Part shown: piece after piece, positions 43,457-54,617 of the stretch
Numbering within the stretch: the stretch's first letter is position 1
How the letters are laid out: the number at the start of each line of letters is the position of its first letter
NCBI RefSeq assembly: GCF_009914755.1
Contig: NC_060925.1
DNA from: the human T2T-CHM13v2.0 reference genome, Homo sapiens
Direction: 5' to 3' (one strand)
DNA: 64,000 nucleotides
The notes under the pieces: generated by a model
Databases searched by the model: none
Told to the model about the DNA's origin: nothing
Seen by the model: only the letters and a program-made list of their open reading frames with translations
Translations under genes and position numbers: made by a program

Positions 43457-45678
43457 ATGTGCCTGGGGCAAGCACCAGCTCATGTCCTCACCCTTACTGA
43501 GCCTTGGGGAGGTTTAACCATTGAGGGCCAGGAAATTGACTTCCTCCTGGACACTGGCATGACTTTCTCAGTGTTAATCTCCTGTCCCAGATGGCTGTCC
43601 TCAAGGTTCATTACCATCTGAGGAATCCTGGGACAACCATAACCAGGTATTTCTCCCAGGTATTTCTCCCACTGCCTCAGCTGTAATTGGGAGACTTTGC
43701 TTTTTTCACGTGCCTTTCTTATTATGCCTGAAAGTCCCACACCCTTATTAGGGAGGGATGTGTTAGCCAAAACTGGAGCTATTATCTGTATGGATACAGG
43801 GAACAAGTTACTCATTTGTTTTCCCCTACTTGAGGAGGGAATCCACCCTGAAGTCTGGGCATTGGAAGATTGGAAAGACTATTCAGAAGGGCAAAAAATG
43901 CCTGCCCAGTCCAAATCAGGCTAAAAGACCCCACCACTTTTCTGTATCAAAGGCAATATCACTTAAGGCCTGAAGCTCATGAAGGATTATAAGATATTAT
44001 TAGACATTTAAAAGCTCAAGTCTTAGTAAGAAAATGCAGCAGTCCCTGCAACACCCCAATTCTATGAGTAGAAAAACTGACTGGTCAGAGGAGACTAGTG
44101 CAAGATCTTAGACTCATAATTGAGGCAGTAATTCCTCTATATTAAGTTGTACCCAACCCCTATACCCTGCTCTCTCAAATACCAGAGGAAGCAGAATGGT
44201 TCACTGTTCTGGACCTCAAAGATGCCTTCTTCTGCATTCCCCTGTGCTCTGACTTCCAGTTTCTCTTTGCCTTGAGGATCCCACAGACCACACATCCCAA
44301 CTTAAGTGGACGATCTTGCCCCAAGGGTTTAGGGATAGCCCTCATCTGTTTGGTCAGGCACTGGCCCAAGATCTAGGCCACTTCTCAAGTCCAGACACTC
44401 TGGTCCTTCAGTATGTGGATGATTTACTTTTAGCTACCAGTTCAGAAGCCTCATGCCAGTAGGCTACTCTAGATCTCTTGAGCTTTCTAGCTAATCAAGG
44501 GTACAAAGTATCTAAATCAAAGGCCCAGCTCTGGCTACAACAAGTTAAATATCTAGACCTAATATTAGCCAGAGGAACCAAGACCCTCAGCAAGGAATGA
44601 ATACAGCCTGTACTGGTTTATCCTAGCTCTAAGACATTAAAACAGTTGCAGGGGTTCCTTGAAATCACTGGCTTTTGCTGACTATGGATCCCTGGATACA
44701 GCGAGATAGCCAGGCCCCTCTATACTCTAATCAAGGAGACCCAGAGGGCAAATACTCATCTAGTAGAATGGGAACCAGAGGCAGGAACAGCCTTCAAAAC
44801 CTTAAGGCAGGCCCTAGTACAAGCTCCAGGCTTAAGCCTTCCCACAGGAAAAAACTTCTCTTTATATGTGACAGAGAGAACAGGAATAGCTCTTGGAGCC
44901 CTTACTCAGACTTGTGGGACAACCTCACAACCAGTGGCATACCTAAGTAAGGAAATAGATATGGTAGCAAAAGGTTGGCCTCACTGTTTACAGGTAGTTG
45001 TGGTGGTGGCCATCTTAGTATCAGAGGCTATCAAAATAATACAAAGAAAGGATGTCACTGTCTGGACTACTCATGATATAAATGGCATACTAGGTGCCAA
45101 AGAAGTTTATGACTATCAGGCAACTGCCTGCTTAGATACCAGGCACTACTCCTTGAGAGACTAGTGCTTCGAATATGCACGTGTATGGCCCTCAACCCTG
45201 TCAATTTTATCCCAGAGGATGGAGAGCCAATTCAGCATGACTGCCAACAAATTATAGTCCAGACTTATGCTGCCCAAGAGGATCTCGTAGAAGTCTCCTT
45301 AGCTAATCCTGACCTCAAGCTGTATACCGATGGAAGTTCATTTGTAGAGAATGGGGTATGAAGGGCAGGTTATGCCACAGTTAGTGATGTAACAATACTT
45401 TAAGCCTCTTCCCTCAGGGACCAGTGCCCAGTTAGCAGAACTAGTGGCACATACCCAGGCCTTAGAACTGGGAAAGGGAAAAAGAATAAATGTATATACA
45501 GATAGCAAGTATGCTTATCTAATCCTACATGCCCATGCTGCAATATGGAAAAAAAGGGAGTTCCTAACCTCTGGGGGAACCCCTATTAAATACCACAAGG
45601 AAATCATGGAGTTATTGCACACAGTGCAAAAACTCAAGGAAGTGGCAGTCTTACACTGCCGAAGCCATCAAAAAGGGG
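43457..45678 (+). pseudogene. pol: HERV9 pro-pol (protease, RT, RNase H), disrupted, no integrase
   Basis: FLLDTG at ~43541, [14 protein letters not shown] at ~44409-44423, LYTDGSS at ~45320, VYTDSKYA, HCRSHQKG. Confidence 0.93.
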
Positions 45679-45729
45679 AAGGAGAGGGGAGAACAACAGC
45701 ATAAGCGGCTGGCAGAGGCAGGGAAAGAC

Positions 45730-45890
45730 CAAGAGGGAGTCAAAGAGAGAGAGAGAGAGACAGGAAGAGACAGAGAGACAAAGAAGGAGTCAAAGAGAGA
45801 AAGAGAGAGGAAGAGACAGAGAGACAAAGAAGGAGTCAAAGAGAAAGAGAGAAAGAGAGAGATAGAAAGAGAGAAAGAGAGAGATAGAAG
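45730..45890. repeat. Polypurine (GA-rich) tract with an internal duplication
   Basis: gaagagacagagagacaaagaaggagtcaaagaga twice, plus (GA)n. Confidence 0.9.
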
Positions 45891-45895
45891 TAGTG

Positions 45896-46394
45896 TACCC
45901 TATTCCTTTAAAAGCCAGGGTAAATTTAAAACCTATAATTGATAGTTGAGGGTCTTCTCCATGACCCTATAACACTCCAATGCCACCTCGTTGTCAGTGT
46001 GAACAAGGGCATGGCCCAAAAGCACTGAGGCCACTGACAACCCATAGCTTTTCTATCAAGGATACTTAACCCAGCAGGTTTCCTAACAGGAGATCTAAAT
46101 CTTAATTAATTACCATACAAGGTCTAGATCTAGGAGGAACACCCTTCAGGAGAGGACATAGACGGTTCCTCCTGGGCTGTTAAGGGAAAAAGGCACAATA
46201 GGTATTCAGTAAGTGATAAGGAAACTCTTGTAGAAGCAGAGTTAGGAAAATTGCCTAATAATTGGTCTGCTCAAACATGCGAGCTGTTTGCACTCAGCCA
46301 AACCTTAAAGTACTTACAGAACCAGGAAGGGGCCATCTGTACAAATTCTAAGTTAATATGGACTGAACGAGGTCTTATTGATAGGAAAGAATAA
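45896..46394 (+). pseudogene. Second, compacted RT-tether-RNase H remnant from a different gamma-like ERV lineage (HERV-I/IP10-like)
   Basis: Hand translation: YPIPLKARVNLKPII..PYNTP; HLVVSVNKGMA..QPIAFLSRILNPAGFLTGD; IDGSSWAVKGKRHNRYSV..LPNNWSAQTCELFALSQTLKYLQNQEGAICTNSK..IWTERGLI. Confidence 0.82.
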
Positions 46395-46499
46395 TTGAAA
46401 TCCTAAACTTACAAGGTTTTCAATGGAAGTGAAGTGAAGTTTGCTAAAAGTTAACAATATAACATGTATTATCCTAACTTCTAATCTTGTAGATATCGG

Positions 46500-47093
46500 A
46501 CCCTATCAGGTCCCCTCAAAACTCAAGTCTGTCAGCGCAAGGCCGTACAACTAATATCCCTACTTATAGGGTTAAGAATGGCCACTGCTACAGGAACTGG
46601 AATAGCAGATTTGTCCACTTCACTATCTTACTACCACACACTCTCAAAGGATTTCTCAGACAGTTTGCAAGAAATAAAATCTATCCTTACTCTACAATCC
46701 CAAATAGACTCTTTGGCAGCAGTGACTCTCCAAAACTGCTGAGACCTAGACCTCCTTACTGCTGAGAAAGGAGGACTTTGCACCTTCTTAGGTGAAGAGT
46801 GTTGTTTTTACACTAACCAGTCAGGGATAGCATGAGACGCTGTCCAGCATTTACAGGAAAAGGCTTCTGAAATCAGACAATGCCTTTCAAACTCTTATAC
46901 TGACCACTGGAGTTGGGCGACATGGCTTCTCCCCTTTCTAGGTCCCGTGACAGCCATCTTGCCATTACTTGCCTTCAGGTCGTGTGTTTTTAACCTCCTT
47001 GTCAAATTTGTTTCCTCCAGGATCGAGGCCATCAAGCTACAGATGGTCTTACAAATGGAACCCCAAATGAGCTCAACTCACAACTTCTACTGA
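46500..47093 (+). pseudogene. env: HERV9 env TM remnant (SU deleted)
   Basis: Fusion peptide [50 protein letters not shown] (CX6CC), WLLPFLGP. One frame with TGA stops. Confidence 0.92.
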
Positions 47094-47260
47094 GGACACC
47101 TGAATTGACCCGCTGGCCCTTTGACTGGCCTAGAGAGTTCCCCTCTGGAGGACACTACAACTGCAGGTCCCCTTCTTCACCCTTATCCAACAGGAAGTAG
47201 CTAGAGTGGTCATTGCCCAATTCCCTACAGCAGTTGGGGTGTCCTGTTTAGAGAGGAAAT

Positions 47261-47690
47261 TGAGAGGTGAAACCAGCTGGCCTTCCTGTGTCGAGTGGGG
47301 ACTTGGAGAACTTTTCTGTCTTCCAAGAGGTTTGTAAAGTGCACCAATCAGCGCTCTGTAGCTAGCTAGAGGTTTGTAAAATGCACCAATTGGCACTCTG
47401 TAAAATAGACCAGTCAGCGTTCTGTAAAATGGACCAATCAGCAGGACATGGGCAGGGACAAATAAGGGAATAAAAGCTGTCCACCCCAGCCAGCAGCGGC
47501 AATCTGCTCAGGTCCCCTTCCACTCTGTGGAAGCTTTGTCCTTTTGCTCTTCACAATAAATCTTGCTACTGCTTACTCTTTGGGTCTGTGCCATCTTTAA
47601 GAGCTGTAACACTCACCGCGAAGGTCCACTGCTCCATTCTTAAAGTCAGTGAGACCATGAAACCACCAGAAGGAACAAACTCTGGACACA
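47261..47690 (+). mobile_element. 3' LTR (LTR12F-like, 430 bp)
   Basis: Preceded by PPT agagaggaaa. Homologous to 40370-40824. Confidence 0.93.
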
Positions 47691-48131
47691 TCTCTGTGTG
47701 TGTATTTCCCTTAAACCACTAAAATGAATATTTTTATGCTGGGATAATTTAACTTTGTTTCTGAAAATAATTTGTTTTATTTTTCTCTCCATTTTGTGTC
47801 AGTAGATTAAGCCTAGTACAATTATTTTAAATAGTGGTTTCAGGAGCTCAGACGATTTGTTCCAAACCAATGTTAGCTGGTTCCAGAAAGAGTTATATTT
47901 TGAATGAAGCTGTGAACAGAAACTCCATTTTTTTGCTTCAATTATTAGCTAAGACATATTATAATCTCATGTTTTATTATATGTGGGGCTAAGTGCTCAT
48001 TGCTTAAATAAAATAAAACAACTAAAATGTGAACATGATTGTGTTGTAATAACAGATTTTCCTCAAAGTCTTTAGACAAGAACTGGCAGATACTTTGAAA
48101 CAGTCATACCTCATGTTTGCAAAGTGTTAGA

Positions 48132-48150
48132 TGTCCAGGAGGTGGCAGTA
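48132..48150 (+). promoter_or_regulatory. Candidate CTCF site
   Basis: TGTCCAGGAGGTGGCAGTA closely matches CCASNAGRKGGCAG. Confidence 0.5.
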
Positions 48151-48536
48151 GTGAGCAATGATTAAAAGTATGGGCACATCCCTGGCTGAGAAGATAGATT
48201 ACCTTTTCCCAAACAATATCTAACAAAGTGGCTCAGATGTGGCAGATATATAAAGACATCTAAGCAAATGAGAGACATTTTTTACAGACTGATAACTTTA
48301 AAGTCAGCTGGAGGAAGCTACTTCTTCCCAAACTTTATATTGTCTCCTTGATTCATTGGACCAATGTGACTATTTTAAAAAGTGACATTATGGAGATATT
48401 TTCTGGATCTATGAGAGGGGAGAAAGGCATGACAATGTCTTTCCAGTCAGGACAGATTAGTCTCATACTAGCATTGCTGGAGTGCCCAATCCAATTTAAT
48501 TCACTATTGTCAAATGATCAGTCTGATTACACTTGA

Positions 48537-48561
48537 GTGTGTGTGTGTGTGTGTGTGTGTG
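48537..48561. repeat. (GT)n microsatellite
   Basis: About 12 GT units. Confidence 0.95.
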
Positions 48562-48671
48562 CATGTATTTTAAAGGAGTATTTGAAGGGACATGCTGGTT
48601 GATGTATTTCCCTGTGGAAATTAGCCAGTGGTTGAAACTATGAAGTTATGTGAGTATATGTGTGATTCTGT

Positions 48672-49187
48672 GTGTGTTAGTTATCTATCACCGTATGTAG
48701 AGGCTTAAAAACAACATAAACATATCACTGTTCCTGAGGCTAGGAATTTGGGAGCAGCTTGGCTTGATTGTTCTGGCTTCAAGGCTCTCATGAGAAAGCA
48801 AGCAGATATCATTTGGCGCTACAGCAATCTGAAGACTTGACTGAGGCTTGAGGGTACCCTTTCATGGTAGTTAACTCCTACGGCTGGCAAGTTGAAGCTG
48901 ATTGTTAGAGGGAGATCTCAGTTCTTCTTCTCCCTGTGTAGGCCTCCCTACAGGGCTGGTTGAGCATCCTTATGGTATGATGACAGGTTACACCAATGTG
49001 AGCAATCCAAAAAAAACAAGGCTGTAATACCATACAGCCTAGCCTTGAAAGTCACATACTATCACTTCTGTTGTACTTTAGTGATTTCATAGGCCAGCTC
49101 TGATTCAGTATGAAAGGAGACTAACATGGGAAATGAATGCAAGGAGGTGGGAATCACTGGGGGCCATCTTGGGGACTGCCTACCACA
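48672..49187 (-). mobile_element. MLT1 solo LTR
   Basis: tgtgttagttatctat...ggccatcttggggactgcctaccaca. Confidence 0.85.
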
Positions 49188-50299
49188 GTCTATAAAGAGA
49201 AGATGACTTTTGCAAATAGTTGGAGAAGAACATGTTTTCACTAGAAAGCCCTTGTGAATACTTGTCATCAGGTTGTGATGCTGAGTCACGGTATTATATA
49301 TAGAAGTGCTGATATAAAACAGAAGACCATTGTGATTATCCTGTGGGGTAATTATGCTGGAATTACTATCAAAGACTGGTAGTGAAGAACCCCCTTCCCC
49401 CAGTTGTATCGTCATGTTAAAAAAGCAAAACCAAATACAAGCAACCAAAAAAAACAGGTCACTGTGGAATGGCTAAAAACATTCCTTTTTGTATTAGAGA
49501 CTAATATGAAAAACCTGTCCTCTTTTGAAAGATATTTGTCTTCTACCTTAAAGGAAGAAGCTTGTAGTTTGTGAACATTCAAACACATGACACAAATAAT
49601 TGCTAAGTTGTTTTATTCTGCTTTCTGCCAAGTACTTAGTGATTAAACTGTATTTCTCATTTCATCTTACTGTAGTATTGAAACTGTCATGTTCTGCTGA
49701 ATAGAGCCATTTGTTTCTCCACACTGGTTGATTAGTGTTTTTGGTTGTCATTTTACTTGGCTGGCTTATATTCTGGTATATAATGACTAATTGGCCTGAA
49801 CTTGGATGATGGAGAGTTGGGATGGGGAAGTGAGTGGGGGGCAAGGTGTCAGCCCACTATTGTCAGCCCATATTTCTAAATTTCTTCTTCCAGGACTCCA
49901 CTGATCACTCATCTCAACATTTGTTTCCTTGGCATCTGCTTGACAAAAAAATCTCAATGTGGGTGACCAAAGGGATTCTGATATATAAACATTTATTTGA
50001 CCAAGTAGAAGAATATCTGAGCAAACTACATCCCACAAAGGATTCTGGCCACTTGATATTGATTGGAGATTGTTTTAGGGCTATGAAACTTGGGGCATTG
50101 AAAACAATTTCTAATGAGTGAGGACCTCAGAAATACTATCAGAGAACTCTGCAAATTCAGGTTGTATTGATTCATGGACAGTAGCAAATCCATGCAGCAC
50201 AGGATTTTCTTTCTAGATCTGTGTTCTAATGACCTCTAAGTTTCAGAATATTCTTTGTCTGGAATCTACTCAGATTATAGGCATTTTAGCTGCTATGGC

Positions 50300-50720
50300 A
50301 TAGGTGAATGTTGCCAACCTAGTATCTGTCTTCTCTTTTTAGAACTCCCAATTTTTGTCGAGGCACATGGTTAACTGGAATAAAGACTATATTTACAATT
50401 AGTTATGGTTATAGGCCTAAAGTCTGGCCAAAGGGATATAAGTGGAAGTGTATGGCAGCTTCTGGGAAGTTTTCTTAAGATAGGTAGTAGGTGTACTTTG
50501 ACCCTGCTTCACCCTACTTGCCTCCTGATGTTTAGAGCTTAGGTATGTTTGTTGGAGGACCATGCTGAGTGAAGTATAAGAAATCATGAGATGGATGCCG
50601 AAAGCATTCTAAATCCTAGATAATAATGAAGCCAACATATCAGCACTTATTTGCTTATGTGGAAAAAAAAAAAACAAAACTTCTCTTTATTGAAGCTACT
50701 GCTGTTTTGGTGGAGAACCT
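50300..50720 (+). mobile_element. Old MLT1 (J/K-like) LTR
   Basis: aagtctggccaaagggatataagtggaagtg...cttctgggaag...ttgaagctactgctgttttgg. Confidence 0.6.
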
Positions 50721-52099
50721 CATTGTTGGGTGTTTGTAAGGCTTGTGTGAAAAAAGGTTATGCAGTCTTTCAAAGTGCTGTTAATCACAAGTTATTGCTA
50801 TTCACTTTGTAGTCTATGTAGACATAAACTATGGCACTTTTCATGTGATAGATAGGCAGGGATAAGTTACTTTAGTAGCATCACAGGGGAGAATCTCAGC
50901 ACTTCGGTGCAGCCTGCCTACCCTGATGCTCCAGCTGCTGTCACTTTTGCTGCCAAGAAAGCAGCTGCCTCCCCTGCTTCCCGGCTGGCTCTGGTGCACA
51001 TTTGTGGGTGGTTCATCATGGGACACACTCATTGTTTGTGTGCTCAAATGAGGAACACTGATTTCAATTTTTGAAATTCATTAATGTTTTCACATATGTA
51101 AAGTCATTGAAAGTAATTGTGACAGCTGTTTTATAGCATTATGACATCAGTAATAAAATGATAATTTTTTGGTGTTAGAGAGAGCTGGGCAAGTATAAGA
51201 AATTCAAGGGTTTTTATGTGGTCAAATGAGTTAGACATTTCTGTAGCCAAAAATGAAGTGAAAATAGACTTGTAAAAATGTATCCAAAACATGGAACCTA
51301 TGATGTTTGACTAACAAGCTATACTCCTCTTCAAATCAAAGCTCGTGTTTAATATGGATGTTTCAATAGTATCATACCCTTTAAATTGAAATCATCTGTT
51401 GTTGGATTAAAGAATTACATTTGTGTTCACTGTTGCCATTTTTTGCAAAGTAATTATGGAATACTTATTATGCATAAAACACTGAGTTATAAACTATGAT
51501 AGACTGAACACAAGTGTCTAAACTAGAGAAAACAGCATTAATGTGTTTTCTCTAATGTGCTAGGATGCTATTATCAGTATAAATATGTCTTAATTCACTG
51601 AAGACTTGAAGGAAATGTGCTGGACTTTTAGCAGTAGGTTTTATTGGTGTGTAAGGTATTTGGTGAATCTGGAGGATCACTTAGTAGCATCAATAGTTAC
51701 TTGGAAAAAGGCTATATTTTGTAAAATCATGGATGTCATTTTATTATTCATGGTTACATCACAAGACATCACATATATAATGTATCTTGTAATCTCTTCT
51801 AATTAAAGAATGATGCAACTATAAACATAGCTGCAACAATATTTATGTCCATATTTTGCAAGCGTGAAGAATGGCTTTTATTTGCAGTTGTAATCAGTTC
51901 ACTGAAAACACTTATTTTCTATAGCTGATGCTCCCGAAGGCTGCTAAAATGGAGTCAACTCATTCCTTAATGGAGGCACATGAGACGATTTTCTGTTCTT
52001 TCCCATTGTCTTTAAAAATGTGTTTTCTACTTGGCTTATAAGTTCTTTACAGGTTCACAATAGAGCAGTTGCTTCAGAATCCTGATACTGAGAGCGATA

Positions 52100-52280
52100 G
52101 TAATGCCTAATACATGCCAGGTATTTTATGTATGTTTAAAATAAACCTCTTAATGATTTAATGGGCAATTGTTATAGCTCCCATTTTGTTAGTGATAAAA
52201 CAAGACCCAATGATTTAAGTGAACTTCTCAAAATCAAAATGCCAGTTAATGAAAAAATCTGGTTTTGAACCCCAGTCTGT
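52100..52280 (-). mobile_element. MIR
   Basis: cccattttgttagtgataaaac...ttaagtgaactt...ttgaaccccagtctg. Confidence 0.7.
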
Positions 52281-53877
52281 TAACAATAAAATTATGCTGT
52301 TTCTACTACATAACCCTACATTTCATATAATGTTAGACTTTTACTATTACAGCCTTTTTGAAGCAGTAGGGAAATTGTAATGAATATTGCTTCATTTTTG
52401 ATGGGTTGGAATAAATCCAGATTTTGTTGTTGAGCCCAGTTGATTTACTATTTAATATTGGATCTGGTGCACTGATAATGCAAGTGAAGTTACCTAAGAA
52501 GGCAGAAGCATAGAGCAGCGTTATGATCATACTCTAAAGCCATATTCATAATCTTTTCCCCAAAGATGCTTCTTATTGTTAAAGAGGACATGCTGAAATA
52601 CAATAATCTAAAATTATTCTCACTGGGGATGTATATAATTTTTGGTAATTTATTTCAGGAATATCTGGTGAGAATATTTAGGGATTCTCAATGAAGAGGA
52701 TGAATGTTTTAGTCAATTAATGCAGACACTACTGTAGAAATGGGTGAAAATGACCGCACTATAATAGACTATCATTAGGATGATTTGTAATGCATGAATT
52801 GGTCTGTGGAACAGGCTGTTCAACTGGTAATGAGGCAGCAGACATTGCCTTTGGCTTATATGTGTAAGAGAGAGCTGGGCAAGTATAAGAAATCTTTCTG
52901 CCTAATTGGTGGAATATCAAAGAGAAAACCTAACCTAATAGAAGTTTAGAATAGAATTCCTTTAAAGTAGTATTGAAGAAGTCAGATCAATGTTATGTGT
53001 TCATAAATGTATGATTCAGCTCTGTTTAGAGACACTCCCTTCTCTCTTACCGGAATTCACTGGGTTGAGTTACAAAGGTAAAGTGTATTTCCTTACCATA
53101 GTATCTATGAAGATTAAGCCTTTCAATACCTGTCTGATGCTTTTAATTGCAGCTGAGCAAGCCATTACACTGGGAATGAGTTGACCAGTAAGTGTGGACT
53201 TAGAGACAGTAGTATTCTGGAATCCTAACATTTCCTTGAGTTCAAATGAAGCATTTGAATGTTCTCAAGATTAGTTTTACAAATGCAGACTTAAAAATCT
53301 CACATTTTGTAAGAGACAAGCCATTTAGCTCTTGTTTTATTGCCAGCAATTTAAAGCTATTATTGAGACAGAAAATATGACCTGTGAGGTTTCATGGCAT
53401 ATGTAAAACCTTACCCATTTTTCACATTACCCTAATCTGTTTGGTCATTTAGTGAAACAGGATTTCTTGGGAGATAAAACACCACAGCCAACACATGTAC
53501 AAATAAATAAATCAATAACTAACTCTTCCCTCAAATACCTTATCATGAGAAGTGCATTTTTCCCTTTCTAAATTGATTATATTTTTGCAACTTGAGTTCT
53601 TTGCGGGTTAATAACTAGTGGTATAAATCAGTACTAACTGCTATTTGGACAAAAATGTTTCTCATATTTGACTCATTCTCTTGAACTTGAAACTCTAAGC
53701 AGTGAGGAGCTGATTGTTCTTCTGTTTGTATTTTGGTATTAATAATTAATATTATTAATTTTTCATCCCCCACTTCCAAATCAAGTTGATAAGGCATTTG
53801 CTGAATCATATATTCTTAGATTCCCCTATGGCTTTGAGCTTAATAAAAGTGGAAGATTATTTTTGTTGTTGTTGTTG

Positions 53878-53995
53878 TGTAAGGTAATAATAGTACGCTA
53901 ATAAAAGGATAAAATGAGTTAATATAGATAAAGTTCTCTGAAAAATTCCTGATACATAATAGATGATCTATATAAATTGGTGATAATTATTACTT
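53878..53995 (+). mobile_element. MIR 3' fragment
   Basis: taataatagtac...aggataaaatgagttaatatagataaag. Confidence 0.6.
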
Positions 53996-54009
53996 TATTG
54001 CTTCAGTCC

Positions 54010-54260
54010 TGATTATTATATTTCACTTGAATAAGAGCACTAACCTAATTTTTCTGCTATCAATCTAGTCTCCTTCCAGCCTTTTCTCCACAGAACAAGC
54101 CAGAGTGAGCAGTTTTAAGATGCAGATGTGCTACTTCCTTAGTGCTCCTCCTTGCTTTACTTTGACACCTTCCTGTTGCTCACAAGACAAAATCTAAACT
54201 CAATCTTACCGTGATCTGGTTTCTCCTTAGCTCTCTCCTGTCTCATGTCTTAATTTCTCT
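54010..54260 (+). mobile_element. L2 fragment
   Basis: ttctccacagaacaagccagagtgag...aagacaaaatctaaactc. Confidence 0.55.
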
Positions 54261-54527
54261 AGGTCAAAATCAAAATATTTAAATTTATTTGTAAATCTGG
54301 TATTAAAAACTAAGAATTATTATCTTCAACTTGCTTTTTTGATTATATTTTTGATTAATTAATATTAATATTAATTCATAAATTAGTAGATTAAATTTTT
54401 CTCAGCAATTAACTCCATTTGCAAATTTAGTTACTTGAAATTCCCTTAAATTTTTTATACTATATTGAAACATTTTAAATGTCTTGTTATGCCAGACACT
54501 TTAAAAAACAAGTAAATGTGCTTTCTC

Positions 54528-54617
54528 TATTATCATAAAATATACATAACATAAAGTATACCATTTTAAACATTTTTAAGTGTATAATTCATTAAGAACA
54601 TTTACATTACTATGCAA
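54528..54617 (-). mobile_element. L1MB 3' end fragment
   Basis: aaaatatacataacataaagtataccattttaaacatttttaagtgtataattca. Confidence 0.65.

Larger units (their letters stand above)
40370..47690 (+). mobile_element. HERV9 (ERV9) provirus with short LTR12-type LTRs, defective
   Basis: Two homologous LTRs starting tgagaggtga and ending acaca, with PBS, gag-pro-pol, env-TM and PPT in order. Confidence 0.95.

Noticed and set aside
42002-47093. Functional retroviral proteins or APOBEC hypermutation
   Set aside because: gag, pol and env all carry stops or frameshifts. Many stops fit CpG decay, and I cannot show GG/GA-context hypermutation without an alignment.
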